This document shows, piece after piece, positions 12,586 to 25,112 of a stretch of 64,000 nucleotides of DNA (positions are counted from its first letter, which is position 1; each line of letters opens with the position of its first letter). The notes under the pieces are model-generated. The model had not been told where the DNA came from. It was given only the letters and a program-made list of their open reading frames with translations, and made no database searches. This stretch comes from Octopus sinensis (lineage: Eukaryota). Both the position numbers and the translations under genes were made by a program. The stretch is from the NCBI RefSeq assembly GCF_006345805.1, contig NC_043019.1, forward strand, positions 1,488,001-1,552,000, in the 5' to 3' direction.

Positions 12586-13290
12586 AAGGCGGTGAACTGG
12601 CAGAATTTTGGTTAAGTCGAGTAAAAATTATTAGTGGAATTTCGTCAACTTAAATATTGCTAGTTCAAATTCCAACGCGGTCGACTTTGCATTTGATCCT
12701 TGCGGGGTCGATAAATTAAGTACTAGCTGTGTAAGGCAGTCGATGTAGTCGACTGGTCCCTCCCAACCCAAATTTCAGGTCTTGTGCCTATAATGGAAAA
12801 TAATTTCCTCAACTTACATGTTGTTACTTCAAATTCCACCGAAGTCGACTTTGCATTTCATCCTTTCGGGGTCAGTAAATTAAGTACCAGCTGTGTACTG
12901 GGGTCGATATAATTGACTGCCCCCCCCAATAAAAATAATTTCAGGCCTTGTGAGTATAATGGAAAAATGTTTCCTTTCCTTAGATATTGTTACTTCAAAT
13001 TCCGCCGAGGTCGACTTTGCCTTTCGTGCTTTCTGGATCGATAAATTAAGTACCAGGTGTGTACTAGGGTCGAAAAAATCGGCTGGCCTCCCCTACAAAA
13101 AATTTCAGCCCTTGTGACTATAATGGAAAAGAATTTCGTCAACTTGCATGTTGTTACTTCAAATTTACACCGAGGTCGACTTTGCCTATCATCATCTCGG
13201 TGTCAGTAAAGTAAGTACCAGCCGAGCACTCGGGTCGATGTAATCAACTCCAAAATTACTGACGTTGTGTTAAAATTTGAAGCAAATATT
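12586..13290 (+). repeat. Diverged tandem array of four SINE-derived units (~165 bp)
   Basis: Four repeats of 'ttcaaattcc..cgaggtcgactttgc.tttcatcc...aagtaccag...ggtcgat...ttcaggccttgtg..tataatggaaaa'. Confidence 0.8.
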
Positions 13291-13539
13291 TATTCTCGGC
13301 TACAGTTTGTCTTTCCGCAATATGTATAACGAGTTTGATTAGTTCTGAAATGAAAACGCTCATAACACAATCAACGCAAGGAACACTTTTTTCTTCTACG
13401 CTATGGATACAGGTACATTAATTATGAATTTCCAATTCATTTAAATTTAATTTCCACGAGCTGTAACGATAATAAGCTTATTTCAGTGTTAGCTTTATCA
13501 TATGGATTAATTTTTGATGAAGTGTAATCTTTCATCTTT

Positions 13540-13850
13540 TAATTGTTTCAGTTATTTCACTGCGACCATGCTGGGGCACCACTTTGAATAACTTTTAGTC
13601 GAATGTATCGACCCTATTACTAACTTTTTAAAAGGCTGGTACTTATTCTTTCGTTTGCATTTTGCCGAACCGCTAATTTACGGAGACGTAAACGCACCTA
13701 TCAGTTTCCGTCTACTAAATCCACTCACAATGCTTTAATCGGCCTACATCTATAGCAGAATACACTTGCCGAAGGCGCCACGCAATGACACTGAACCCGG
13801 AACCTTGTGGCTGGAAAGCAAGCTTCTTACAACACAGCTACGCCTGCGCC
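13540..13850 (-). mobile_element. Degenerate composite SINE
   Basis: 'gaccatgctggggcacc...ggtacttattctttcg...gccgaaccgct...tttccgtctactaaatccactcacaa...cttcttacaacacagc'. Confidence 0.65.
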
Positions 13851-14063
13851 TATGTGTTGCATGTATTGCATCTTTATTTTTCTAAGTTCTGTCCAAATTC
13901 CCGTCATAATTTATTTCAAATTCCTTTCATTTTAACATCAAACAACATTTATCATAATCTTCGAAAATGGTGCGCATGATTAGTGGAAGAGACAGTGTAT
14001 CATTGTTTTTTTTTTTTTTTATTAAACCTGGGACTTTGAACCGATGACTAAAGTAGAGCGAAG

Positions 14064-14509
14064 GGATCTTTTCGGTTTGAACGGCAGTTGTTAAAGTAAT
14101 TTCCACGTAACTAAACATTTTAAAACTTCGTATACTAGTAGAATGTGTTTATAAAACATCTTTTTATCTTGGTATTATTGAGAAAATTCTATAGTTTGTA
14201 AGATATTTGTTGTTGTTTTTTTCTTCAATTTTTGCAATTTCAACCAATCAATGACTGTCTATTGAGGTGAAACATTCTGTGCCGTATGAATATGTCCCTC
14301 GTTTAAGAAACAGATTGGGTTTATTTACATTTCTGAAGAAAAAAAAGATACCCTTCCCCCACACCTAACCGTAACCCTAACTAACCCTAACTCTAACCCT
14401 AACCCTAAAATAGATTTAAATGCAATAGATCGATACTAGGGTCGTGATTATGGATGACAATTTCATATGACACCGCTAGAAAAAACTGCCGTTCGAACCG
14501 AAAAGATCC
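14064..14509. mobile_element. Non-autonomous DNA transposon (Merlin-like MITE) with 8-bp TSD
   Basis: 26-bp TIR GGATCTTTTCGGTT(T/C)GAACGGCAGTT at both ends, flanked by an exact direct repeat GAGCGAAG (14056-14063 and 14510-14517). GG termini with an 8-bp TSD fit Merlin. Confidence 0.8.
14364..14408 (-). repeat. Interstitial degenerate (TTAGGG)n telomere-like repeat inside the MITE
   Basis: 'cctaaccgtaaccctaactaaccctaactctaaccctaaccctaa'. Confidence 0.8.
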
Positions 14510-15236
14510 GAGCGAAGTGTTAAACCGAGCGACAGATTAAATCTATCCGTCAAGAATAGACATTATTCAGCTGACCGTATTAAGCTTTGTTTCACTTTGT
14601 TTGTTATTTCACTCACTATGCTTGGAAGGAAGTTGTAGTTTATTTAGCAGATATATGCATAAATTGCCGCATAATAGATCGAAACCCGAACTACCTAACA
14701 GTAAAGTGAAAATAATTAATCAGACAGCCATACCTATCTTCGTCTGGAATAATAAAACGAAACTTGGAGCAGATATACGTAAGTTTTATTACAAACTCGG
14801 CTATCGATGTTTCTCTTATAATTTAGTGTTTTCCTATAGAGCTTCAACTGATTTCTTCACAATCTTTCTTTCTTTCTGTGTCGTGTTCGTTATCGAAAAT
14901 GCTTAGTAGTTTTATTTTATAGATTTAATCTGACAACATTGGCGAGACAAAATGTTTATTACGGTGCAATATGTTATTTATGTACTATACTAATTCACAT
15001 ACTTCGCCTGGCTGTAACACATTCTAATATTTCAATTTCTCCAACTTTTCCCCGTTTATATTGAAATAGACAGACTTCACACCATAATCAGTTAATACAA
15101 TTGTTTATTTTCAGTTTTATCTGACAGCGATATAAAATTACAGGGAAATAGAACAATATTAATTCTGTTTTTCTATAGGCACTAGACCTGAAATTGCGAT
15201 GTGTAGCAACATCTGATAGCCTGGTCGGTCACGGTG

Positions 15237-15314
<78 letters not shown>

Positions 15315-15603
15315 TTAGCAATTAAGGACAACTACTTAATAAGGAAAACTTAAGAAATTGTCAGGTAGATAGCGTGAAAACCTCATAAGAGAAAAAAATT
15401 TCGAAAATAATTATTTTTTATTGAACATATTAATTTATATATAGAGGGCATTATACATACATGCCAGAAGGCATTATACATACATGCCAGGAGGCATTAT
15501 ACATACATGCCACACGCTAAGAGGGACAATTAGTCATTTCTACCAAAAATATTACTAATCCCACCGAATGCAATTTTTCAAAATAAGACATTTAAAAAAA
15601 TAT

Positions 15604-15651
15604 AGACCTGTATCACAGTGATTTCATACTTACGTACTCATCAGCAGGCCT
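15604..15651 (-). ncRNA. Type I hammerhead ribozyme motif
   Basis: AGGCCTG-CTGATGA-GTAC(GTAA)GTAT-GAA-ATCAC(T)GTGAT-A-CAGGTCT. Canonical core, 7-bp stem I, GNRA-capped stem II, AUA cleavage triplet. Confidence 0.75.
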
Positions 15652-15690
15652 GAATGTATTATAAATACATAATGTATTTATAATACATTC

Positions 15691-15738
15691 AGGCCTGCTG
15701 ATGAGTACGTAAGTATGAAATCACTGTGATATAGGTCT
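15691..15738 (+). ncRNA. Type I hammerhead ribozyme motif (mirror copy)
   Basis: AGGCCTG-CTGATGA-GTAC(GTAA)GTAT-GAA-ATCAC(T)GTGAT-A-TAGGTCT. Predicted cleavage after 15731. Confidence 0.72.
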
Positions 15739-15874
15739 TATATTTTTTAAATGTCTTATTTTGAAAAATTGCATTCGGTGGGATTCGTAATTTTTGGTTA
15801 GAAATGACTATTGTCTCTCTTAAGCGGGGATGTATGATGTATAATGCCTTCTGGCATGTATGTATAATGCCCTC

Positions 15875-15932
<58 letters not shown>

Positions 15933-16262
15933 GGTGAAATAATTAATTTAATAAAATCAATAAATTTCACCTAGTAGTCTTTCCGTATGGAAAGGACCAT
16001 ATTCGGTTAAAAATATATATCTATATATAATGTCAAGATTAATTAGCCGAAATTGCTACGATGAGAAGGTTCTTGACTGAAGATTGAGGGCTTCGAATGT
16101 CCCGTGCGTTCGTCTTCTAAGTGTTTTGCGTTCTTGTCCCAGTTTGTATTTTCTACATATAATAATAATAATAATAATATATATATATATATATATAAAA
16201 CATTATTGGTGAATTGAAGAAATGGAGCTGAACGCAGATTGAACAGAAATCGTTTTATTTCA

Positions 16263-16342
16263 TTCTACACGTGTTTCGAAAGGCACAAATTACCAAAATC
16301 CGATTGAATAATGGGACCATATTGTGTCTTTCTCTTCAGGAA
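16263..16342 (-). ncRNA. Type I hammerhead ribozyme motif with long stem II
   Basis: TTC-CTGAAGA-GAAAGACACAA...TTGTGCCTTTC-GAA-ACACGTGT-A-GAA. Canonical core, palindromic stem III, GUA triplet. Confidence 0.7.
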
Positions 16343-16823
16343 GAAAAAAGGAAATCCGTTGGAAAAACAAAAACAGAACAGAGGCAGAGCAAAACACATA
16401 AAACATAAAATATATATATATAATTTCTTTATTTTTCTTTCTGCCACCAACGGTTATCACGGCAGTAGCCACTGAAAGCCGAACGATCAAACGCACACAC
16501 GCACACAAAAAATGTTTTCTACCCCTACGCCAACACACACATATATAGAACAGTTATCACACACACACGTCTCTAAGTAGATTTTTTCTCGCCCTTATAA
16601 AACATCCAATATTCTTTAAATAGTCAGAACTTTATTCTCGGTCACAAAGAAATCTATACAACCCCACCCACATGTTTGACCGATGCCTGACCTGTTGATT
16701 CTTCAGCACCGGTTCTCAACATACACTGATAAACAGTTTCGCCATGGGCTCTTAGGAGCACAGTTCGATTTGTTTTGCTCTGCCTCTGTTCTGTTTTTGT
16801 TTTTCAACGGATTTCCTTTTTTC

Positions 16824-16903
16824 TTCCTGAAGAGAAAGACACAATATGGTCCCATTATTCAATCGGATTTTGGTAATTTGTGCCTTCGAAAACACGTGTA
16901 GAA
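16824..16903 (+). ncRNA. Mirror hammerhead copy with core indel
   Basis: Same as 16263-16342 but reads 'ccttc-gaaaacacgtgt' (one T fewer, one A more). Confidence 0.5.
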
Positions 16904-17139
16904 TGAAATAAAACGATTTTCTGTTCAATCTGCGTTCAGCTCCATTTCTTCAATTCACCAATAATGTTTTAATTTCATTATCCGCACCAACGCACGGTTT
17001 GCAACGCCAGATGGTTGTACCTCCAACCGTGTGTTCACTGCTGTGATTTTTGCTACTAAGGTATCGGTTTTAAACTTTTGATTAATCACTACAGATTATT
17101 CAGCTTTCTATTTATATATATATTATATATATAATATAT

Positions 17140-17177
<38 letters not shown>

Positions 17178-17460
17178 TACATAATATAAATTAAGTGCAG
17201 GACATCACCAACGAGTGAAAAATATGTAAGCCCACGAGAGATAAGTACAGGACATAATACCAAAACAAGGTAACTAACTCGCTCGTCAGTTGTTCATTGT
17301 GTTCCTACTCCCTATTTCGTGCTTTCGACGAGAACTTATTTATATATGTAATATTCTGATACTCCGTTAGTTACGACGACAACGATTATTTCAATTGACT
17401 TGATGAATGTCTGCAGATCAAATGAATGCAAAAGTGACCCAGTAATCCACTCGCACGCAT

Positions 17461-17520
17461 ACGTACACTTAAAGGAGCTTTCAGGGACAAACGTACACTT
17501 AAAGGAGCTTTCAGGGACAA
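17461..17520. repeat. Perfect 30-bp tandem duplication
   Basis: 'acgtacacttaaaggagctttcagggacaa' x2. Confidence 0.9.
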
Positions 17521-17870
17521 ACTGGTTCTTTAAAATACAGGTATTACCCGTTTATTGCCAGCTGGGTGGACTGGAGTAGAGTTAAATAAGGTAACTTGCT
17601 CAAGGATACACACACCGCCAGTTATCGAACGCAAAAGCTTACGATTGTGAGCAGAAAAACACGCGCCTTTAGTGAGATATATAAACATTATATTGGAATA
17701 TATATTTTATATATAAGTATGTTGAGAAGTATGAACGTAATCATATAGTGAATATATATACACACACACACACAAGCCCATTCAATATATATTATATGTA
17801 TATATTATACATATGAATATATGTATAATATATACATATAATATATATATGTATGTTTTTATTTATATGC

Positions 17871-17905
<35 letters not shown>

Positions 17906-18030
17906 CAGAGAGAGACAGAGAGACAGACAGACAGACAGAGAGGGGGGAGAAAAAGAGTGGACGAATACTGATATATTAATTTACCGTGCATAGTTATAAT
18001 ATATATATGTGTGTGTGCTTATATATATGC

Positions 18031-18061
<31 letters not shown>

Positions 18062-18841
18062 CACGGAGAGAGAGAGAGAGAGAGAGAGAATATTGATCTA
18101 TTGATCTATTAATTTTACATGTATATACGTACATACATACATACATTCATACATATATCCATACATACATACACTCATACATATATGCGTGTATGTATAT
18201 ATATATATATATATATATAAAATATTGCTAAATCAATTTAATGTTTTTACACACACATACACACATATATATACACATGTGTGTGTGTGTGTGTGTGTGT
18301 GTGTATGGGGGGGCTGTGTACAAAATTACCGATATATCAAAATATGTGTCACTTGCTGCATTCATTTCTTGGCTGATGTTCTTATATTGTGCTCATGAAT
18401 ATTCAGCTGTATATCTAAATATTTACTATTTTAATTACCCATACTTAAGTATCCGATATCCGTAAAAAGTCGATAACGTATCACCTACATTTTGCTCACT
18501 GAAGCAGCTAGTACGCAGGTCTTGCCTTTCGTTTATCAACTCTCAATACCTATCGAATGTATTATACAGATCTATAAATTATTGGTTTCAAATATATATA
18601 AAATAACTATGAAACGTGTTCCAATTTTTTTTTAATACTATGAACAGATTCTCTCACATAATATTTTATATCACTAAATCTTATATATTTATTGCTGTCA
18701 GTGTTATGTTTGAAGTACGCAGTTTGATTGACTCTTCGAGTTTTATTACCATTTAATTCCATAAATCCAATCTATTTTCGTTCAACATTGCCTGACATAG
18801 CCACTCTCGCTTTTCTCTTCCCCTATGCATACATACATATG

Positions 18842-18914
<73 letters not shown>

Positions 18915-18981
18915 GAGAGATAGATTGATTGATTGATAGCTAGCTAGATGTGTACATATGTATGTATATAGTATATATATG

Positions 18982-19014
<33 letters not shown>

Positions 19015-19886
19015 GTATATGTATATATATATGTATATATATATATAGAGAGAGAGAGGGAGAGGGGGAGAGAGAGAGAGAGAAAGAGAAAGAGAGAGAT
19101 AGATAGATAGATAGAGAGATAGATTGATTGATTGATAGATAGCTAGATGTGTGTATATAGACATATATATATATATATATATTGATGCCAATACCTACAT
19201 ACATGCATACATATGTATACACAAGTAAACATATATTTAGAGATTTTTGTATGCACGTATGGACTTCTGTATCTATATATGAATATATGTACGTACATAT
19301 GTATGCATGCATATATGTATGTACATATGCATGTACATATATATATATATATATATATATTTCTTACCCATAGATATGCATGCATGATCTCCATCCTGAT
19401 GGAATGTCTAGATAAAAGAGTAACACAGCTTCTTCATGTTATAATATTTATGTCATGCTTCGCGCCCTTTATATTTCCACTAACCTATATATCACATTGT
19501 CAATCTCCTAGGTTTCCATGGTTATGTTTTATATATTTACGTATAATATGGTGTACTTTTAGATACTCATAATATTATATACTGTCGATATTTCTAGTTT
19601 TTAGGCTTTAATCTTATGCGTGTTTCCCTTTTTCGTCTGCGCCCATGCCGAGGCATCGCTTTGAATGATTCAGTACAGTCGATTTTCAATTTCTCTACTT
19701 AGACCATCAATCATTTTCCCCGAAGAAATGAATTACGAGGGTGTACGCAAACCAATTCCGATTGTCAAGCGTAAGGCTGGACAAACACATATACACATAA
19801 GCAAACACGCACACTTATACACTCACATACACACACACGTATCTATGTTTCTCTGCGCGCGTGTATATATAAATAAATATATATAT

Positions 19887-19920
<34 letters not shown>

Positions 19921-19921
19921 A

Positions 19922-19954
<33 letters not shown>

Positions 19955-20824
19955 AATATTATATATATATACATATACAGATAGACAGATAGATAGATAT
20001 TATATATATATATTTGTGTGAGTATATAAACTTAGATAAACTTAGATGTGATTCGACCAATGATTGGTCCAGGCCATGTCTAACTTAATAGCACCACCTG
20101 ATAGGATTATTTGAATCCTGTTTAAGTCAAATTTTGCTTATGGTCCATTCAAGTAGTGAGTTTTTGTTGGGTGAGTTGTATCCAATTATGGGTGGCTTAT
20201 CTGGTATTCTTTGAAGGAATCTATCCAGACTCTGTTTAAAGTTGATATATATAAAATATAAAGTTATATCTTGAGTGACAACAACGCTGAAGATATACAA
20301 CGGACTGGAAATAGTAGTGCTCTAATGAGCTGTATACACTCGGATAAAAAAGTGTATATATATATGTATAGTTATATATATATATATAGTTATATATATA
20401 TACATATATATATATATATACGTACACATATATATTTGTGTGTGTATATATTTATATAATTTATATATATACATATATGTATATATATGCATATACACAC
20501 ATACATACATACATACATACATACATACATACATACATACATACAAACATATATAGGTACATGACGTCACCAACGTTTCAAACGACATGAAATACGTAAA
20601 CAAACTAGAGAGTGGAAAATGGAATAAATATGCAATGGCTAAACTTCATCGATATAACTTTTGAAAGAACTAGCGTTGCATTATCAGTTTTGATGGTGAA
20701 GATGGGCTTTAGATAAAGGTACAGTAATAAACATGTTTATCACCATGCAGCATTACTCCTCTCCCTTGAGCCAATGGAAGTCGATGTTACGGTCAATAGA
20801 CCTGCTAGATATAACAAAGAAACC

Positions 20825-23249
20825 GGCACTGTCATGCCTTTGGGTGTCAGAAGTGAAAGTAGAGAAATCTGACGTCAGACGTCAACTTCGTGTATTTACG
20901 TCGTCTTTCGTTTATTTACGCCGTTTATTACGTACCACTGAAATGCAAGTAAAAGCTTGTATGTATGTATGTATGTATGTATATATATATACATACATAC
21001 ACACATATATATAATATACATGTATATATACATATATATATATATTTAATACATAAATATATATAATATATACATGTATTTTTACCGCCTTTAGTCGCAC
21101 AAATCGACCCCAGAACTTATTCTATCGGTCTTTTTTCTTAACCACTATACATTATATACATACATACAGATAGATAGATAGATACACACACAACTATAAT
21201 AGATATAAAATGTGTACGTGTGTACATTTTTCAGAAAAAAATTCATACATTTTAAATATCAATAGCATTTCTCTTATTTTTTACATGAAGTTTTCGAAAA
21301 ATGAATTTAGAATGTAAAAATCAAATATATCAAATTAATAAACGCAAATTATTTTCAAATATCATTTTCAACGGTGAGATTATCAAATATATAAACTTGA
21401 AGTTAAGTTTAAAAATAAATGCGATACTCATTCTGTCTTGATACTTATGCTCAAATACATGGATATAGCTGTTGAATTTGTTCTATCAACTTCCCGAATA
21501 TATCATCCTTAAATTCATAGCGCCACATGAATTCGATGAGATGGGTCTGAAGTAAATTTCTGGCTGTTCCACATTCTCTCTATTTCGAGTCTTTACGTGT
21601 TTCCATAAACATTCTATGTGGTTGGTTGTGGCAAATGTTACCGGATCAACAAAATTTATAGAATGATTCACGGTCAAATGTCTGTATCCTAGCTGACTGA
21701 GTGTTTATACGAACGCCAAAGGTCGGATATTATTGTTGTACCAGGCAATATACGCTCGCGTATAATCTGTAATAGAGTGTCCGCTGTTCGATTTTCAACT
21801 GCCACTAAAATACATCTTCTACTATCTCTTTCTAATGCACCAAACACCCATTGCGTTTTAACCCGATGGCCAACATGATATTTTCTCTTAACAAACGCAG
21901 TTCATCTATTTCAACGATTCTATTGGGTCCTCCCAGTTTAATATTCTGTGCAACATAATATTCTGCACATACATCGCGGCAAAAATTCCTCCAATCGGTT
22001 ACCGCTACATTTGCTAAATGACATTCCTGTCCTATTCCTTTTGCTAAATCTTCTTTGGCCCAGTAAAAAAAATATCTATGATCTGTTGACACTTCAATTT
22101 GCTATTTTCTAAAAATGTTCCTTTTCTAATTGACACGGATTTTCTACAAGGTCTTCCACACGACCATATTTTCATCAGATATTTTTTTTTCGTTACTTCT
22201 CTCATGGGAGCTCCACACGATGTACATATTTTCTGGGTATTCAAAAGGCCATGTCTCTTAAGCCAATTAATGCTATCTGCTGTTGTAGCAGTGGAGACGG
22301 CAATATCGCGGTGACTAATTCCTCTTAAACTTGGATATGCAAAAGCCATATTAAAAATTGTTTAGCACGTGTTGATATCACACTGAAAGTTTCTAACTGA
22401 ATAAATTTCAAAGTTTGAATTACGCACGTGGTGGTCAGTGGTCATTCTGATTGGTGTATGTAATCGCGGTGATGGTCATGGGGGTTCATTTGTGCAGATT
22501 TTGGTGTGATTTCTTTTTTAAAAACAATAATGAATAATGCAAGAATAAATATATGAATTTAAGGATGATATATTCGGGAAGTTGATAGAACAAATTCGAC
22601 AGCTATATCCATGTATTTGAGCATAAGTATCAAGACAGAATGAGTATCGCATTTATTTTTAAACTTAACTTCAAGTTTATATTTGATAATCTCACCGTTG
22701 AAAATGATATTTGAAAATAATTTGCGTTTATTAATTTGATATATGATTTTTACATTCTAAATTCATTTTTCGAAAACTTCATGTAAAAAATAAGAGAAAT
22801 GCTATTGATATTTAAAATGTATGAATTTTTTCTGAAAAATGTACACACGTACACATTTTATATCTATTATATGTGTGTTGTGTGGTATCTATCTATCTAT
22901 CTGTATGTATGTATATAATGTATAGTGGTTAAGAAAAAAGACCGATAGAATAAGTTCTGGGGTCGATTGTGCGACTAAAGGCGGTAAAAATACATGTATA
23001 TATTATATATATGTATGTAGTAAATATATATATATATATGTATATATACATGTATATTATATATATGTGTGTATGTATGTATATATATATATACATACAT
23101 ACATACATACATACAAGCTTTTACTTGCATTTCAGTGGTACGTAAATAAACGGCGTAAATAAACGAAAGACGACGTAAATACACGAAGTTGACGTCTGAC
23201 GTCAGATTTCTCTACTTTCACTTCTGACACCCAAAGGCATGACAGTGCC
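20825..23249 (-). mobile_element. Merlin (IS1016/ISXO2-like) DNA transposon with ~695-bp TIRs
   Basis: Termini GGCACTGTCATGCC...GGCATGACAGTGCC. Exact 8-bp TSD AAGAAACC (20817-20824 and 23250-23257). TIRs at 20825-21519 and 22552-23249 enclose a transposase. Confidence 0.92.
21451..22349 (-). pseudogene. Merlin/ISXO2-like DDE transposase (~300 aa, several frameshifts)
   Basis: N-terminal Zn ribbon CTSCGAPM...WSCGRPCRKSVSIRKGTF. Catalytic motifs LGGPNRIVEIDE, ILPGTTIISDLWRSY and TVNHS.NFVDP...TNHIECLW. C-terminus EFMWRYEFKDDIFGKLIEQIQQLYPCI*. Confidence 0.88.
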
Positions 23250-23312
23250 AAGAAACCTTCTTTAACTCATATCACATTATAGCCTTTAAATCTAAGAAAC
23301 GTTTCGGATACC

Positions 23313-23697
23313 CTTTTAGTTGTTTCAGTCATGTGATTGTGGCCATGCTGGAGCACTGCCTTTAGTCGAGCAAATCGACCCCAGGACTTATTCTTTGTAA
23401 GCCTAGTACTTATTCTATCGGCCTCTTTTGCAGAACCGCTAAGTTACGGGGTCGTAAACACACTAGCATCGGTTGTCAAGCGATGTTGGGCGGACAAGCA
23501 CAGACACACAAACATATATATATACATATATATGACGGGTTTCTTTCAGTTTCCGTCTACCAAACCTACTCACAAGGCTTTGGTTGGCCCGAGGCTATAG
23601 TAGAAGACACTTGCCCAAGGTGCCACGCATTGGAACTGAACCCGGAACTATGTGGTTCGTAAGCAAGCTACTCACCACACAGCCACTCCTACGCCTA
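23313..23697 (-). mobile_element. Composite tRNA-derived SINE
   Basis: Same head, internal microsatellite and tail organisation as 3694-4078. Confidence 0.85.
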
Positions 23698-25112
23698 TAA
23701 AAATGTAGGTTTTTCCCGTACGCGTAGTACTCGAACCCACACCTCTTTGTTTACGCGACCAAATGTGCTACCAATTACACCAACGCACCAACCTATAAAG
23801 TATACAATATCTGCAAGTAGGGCGTAATGGACACGGTTGAAATAGGGTCGAGCCTGGATAAGCTTCTGTTCGGTCAACGAAGACTGACTTAACAGATAAA
23901 CAACAATATCAGTCAGGCAATGATTTCTAAACATATTTTTAATGGTAACAAAACGTGCTGTTGCTTATGAATAACACTGAAAAACCAGTACTGTTTTGGC
24001 AGCATTTATGATAAAAAATCAATGCTAAGTTGTTATTCTCTATATCGTATATTTTGTTGCAATATTTTTAAAAACCTTACACAGCAAGAGATTTACCAAA
24101 CTTTCTCGCTCCTTGTAATAAATATAATGACGGTGGAGATTTCCTTATTTTTAAGGCCCATTAATGTTTAGTTCGAAATAGTTGCACATTGGCGAAAGTA
24201 GAAATTTGCTATGCATCTGCGGGGTTATTGTAAAACTTTACTACTGCGAAGTAACTCTATAATTGATCGCTAGAGGAAGCATCACATTTACTGATCAAAA
24301 TTTATTCTAAATTATATTAAATGGAAGTCAGAGACTCTCTAAGTTAAAATCGTACCGTACTAATCTTTTTTTCCTAACGAGATAAATTTTTATATCTATA
24401 TTTCCCTACGTTTCCTTTCCTTTCCTTCTGATTTCCTAAGATGTATTTCGCCACATTTGTCTAATGTGCATAGCAGGGGTTATATCTACATATCTAAAAT
24501 TAAGTATTATGCCACCTTCTTCAACGATATTTAATTTATAGCTATATCTTTGCAAATCCTTTAATGGCGACTCTTACTCATATTTTGAGTATGAAACTAT
24601 AATCCAGAAAGTCAACAGGTGGCACACTATGCTGATTGCTTATCAGTTGGCAATATGAATGATTGTGAAGTTAAGTCTCTTCGCAACAGTGTGCTATCGG
24701 GTTCTAGCCAACCGCACGTCAATTTGGTCAATTTCTTCAAGCCACAGGTAAGCCAAAGCCCTGTAAATGTAATTTGATTGGCAGATACTTAACGGAAGAT
24801 ATCGATGAACGGGGCATTCTTGTTCCTTGAGCCTAGATTTAATCCGTCGCCTTATTTAATATTGTCCTCCGTTTACTAACTTTAAGTTAATCTTCTTTAT
24901 TGCAGGTCACCTGCCAGAGGGTAAATACCCCTCTTCCACCTGTCTTGAAAACCTGAATAACATCAGAGTATTACACTTTCTACAGTGATTAAGCTGTATG
25001 TACATATCTTGGATGTGTGCATACAAGCCTACACATATACACACAGATATTCTCATACATATATATATATTTGTATATATTTTTGTCAATGTCAATATAT
25101 ATATATTTTATA

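Larger units (their letters stand above)
15444..15874. mobile_element. Foldback/palindromic element (arms ~227 and ~203 bp, 1-nt centre at 15671) with a hammerhead in each arm
   Basis: Near-perfect inverted repeat around 15671. Termini GAGGGCATTAT...ATAATGCCCTC are flanked by TATA. The left arm has an extra ~23-bp tandem unit 'ggcattatacatacatgccag'. Confidence 0.85.
16196..16971. repeat. ~200-bp inverted repeat pair (16196-16396 / 16771-16971) with ~375-bp spacer; probable PLE-derived inverted pseudo-LTR
   Basis: The arms are reverse complements by eye with few indels, and each carries a hammerhead motif. Confidence 0.8.

Noticed and set aside
14533-14932. 13-bp inverted repeat CAGATTAAATCTA/TAGATTTAATCTG
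   Set aside because: The TIR is short and has no TSD, so it could be chance in AT-rich DNA.
16070-16110. 'CTGAAGA...CTTCGAATG' hammerhead-like motif
   Set aside because: It lacks an intact GAAA and paired stems.
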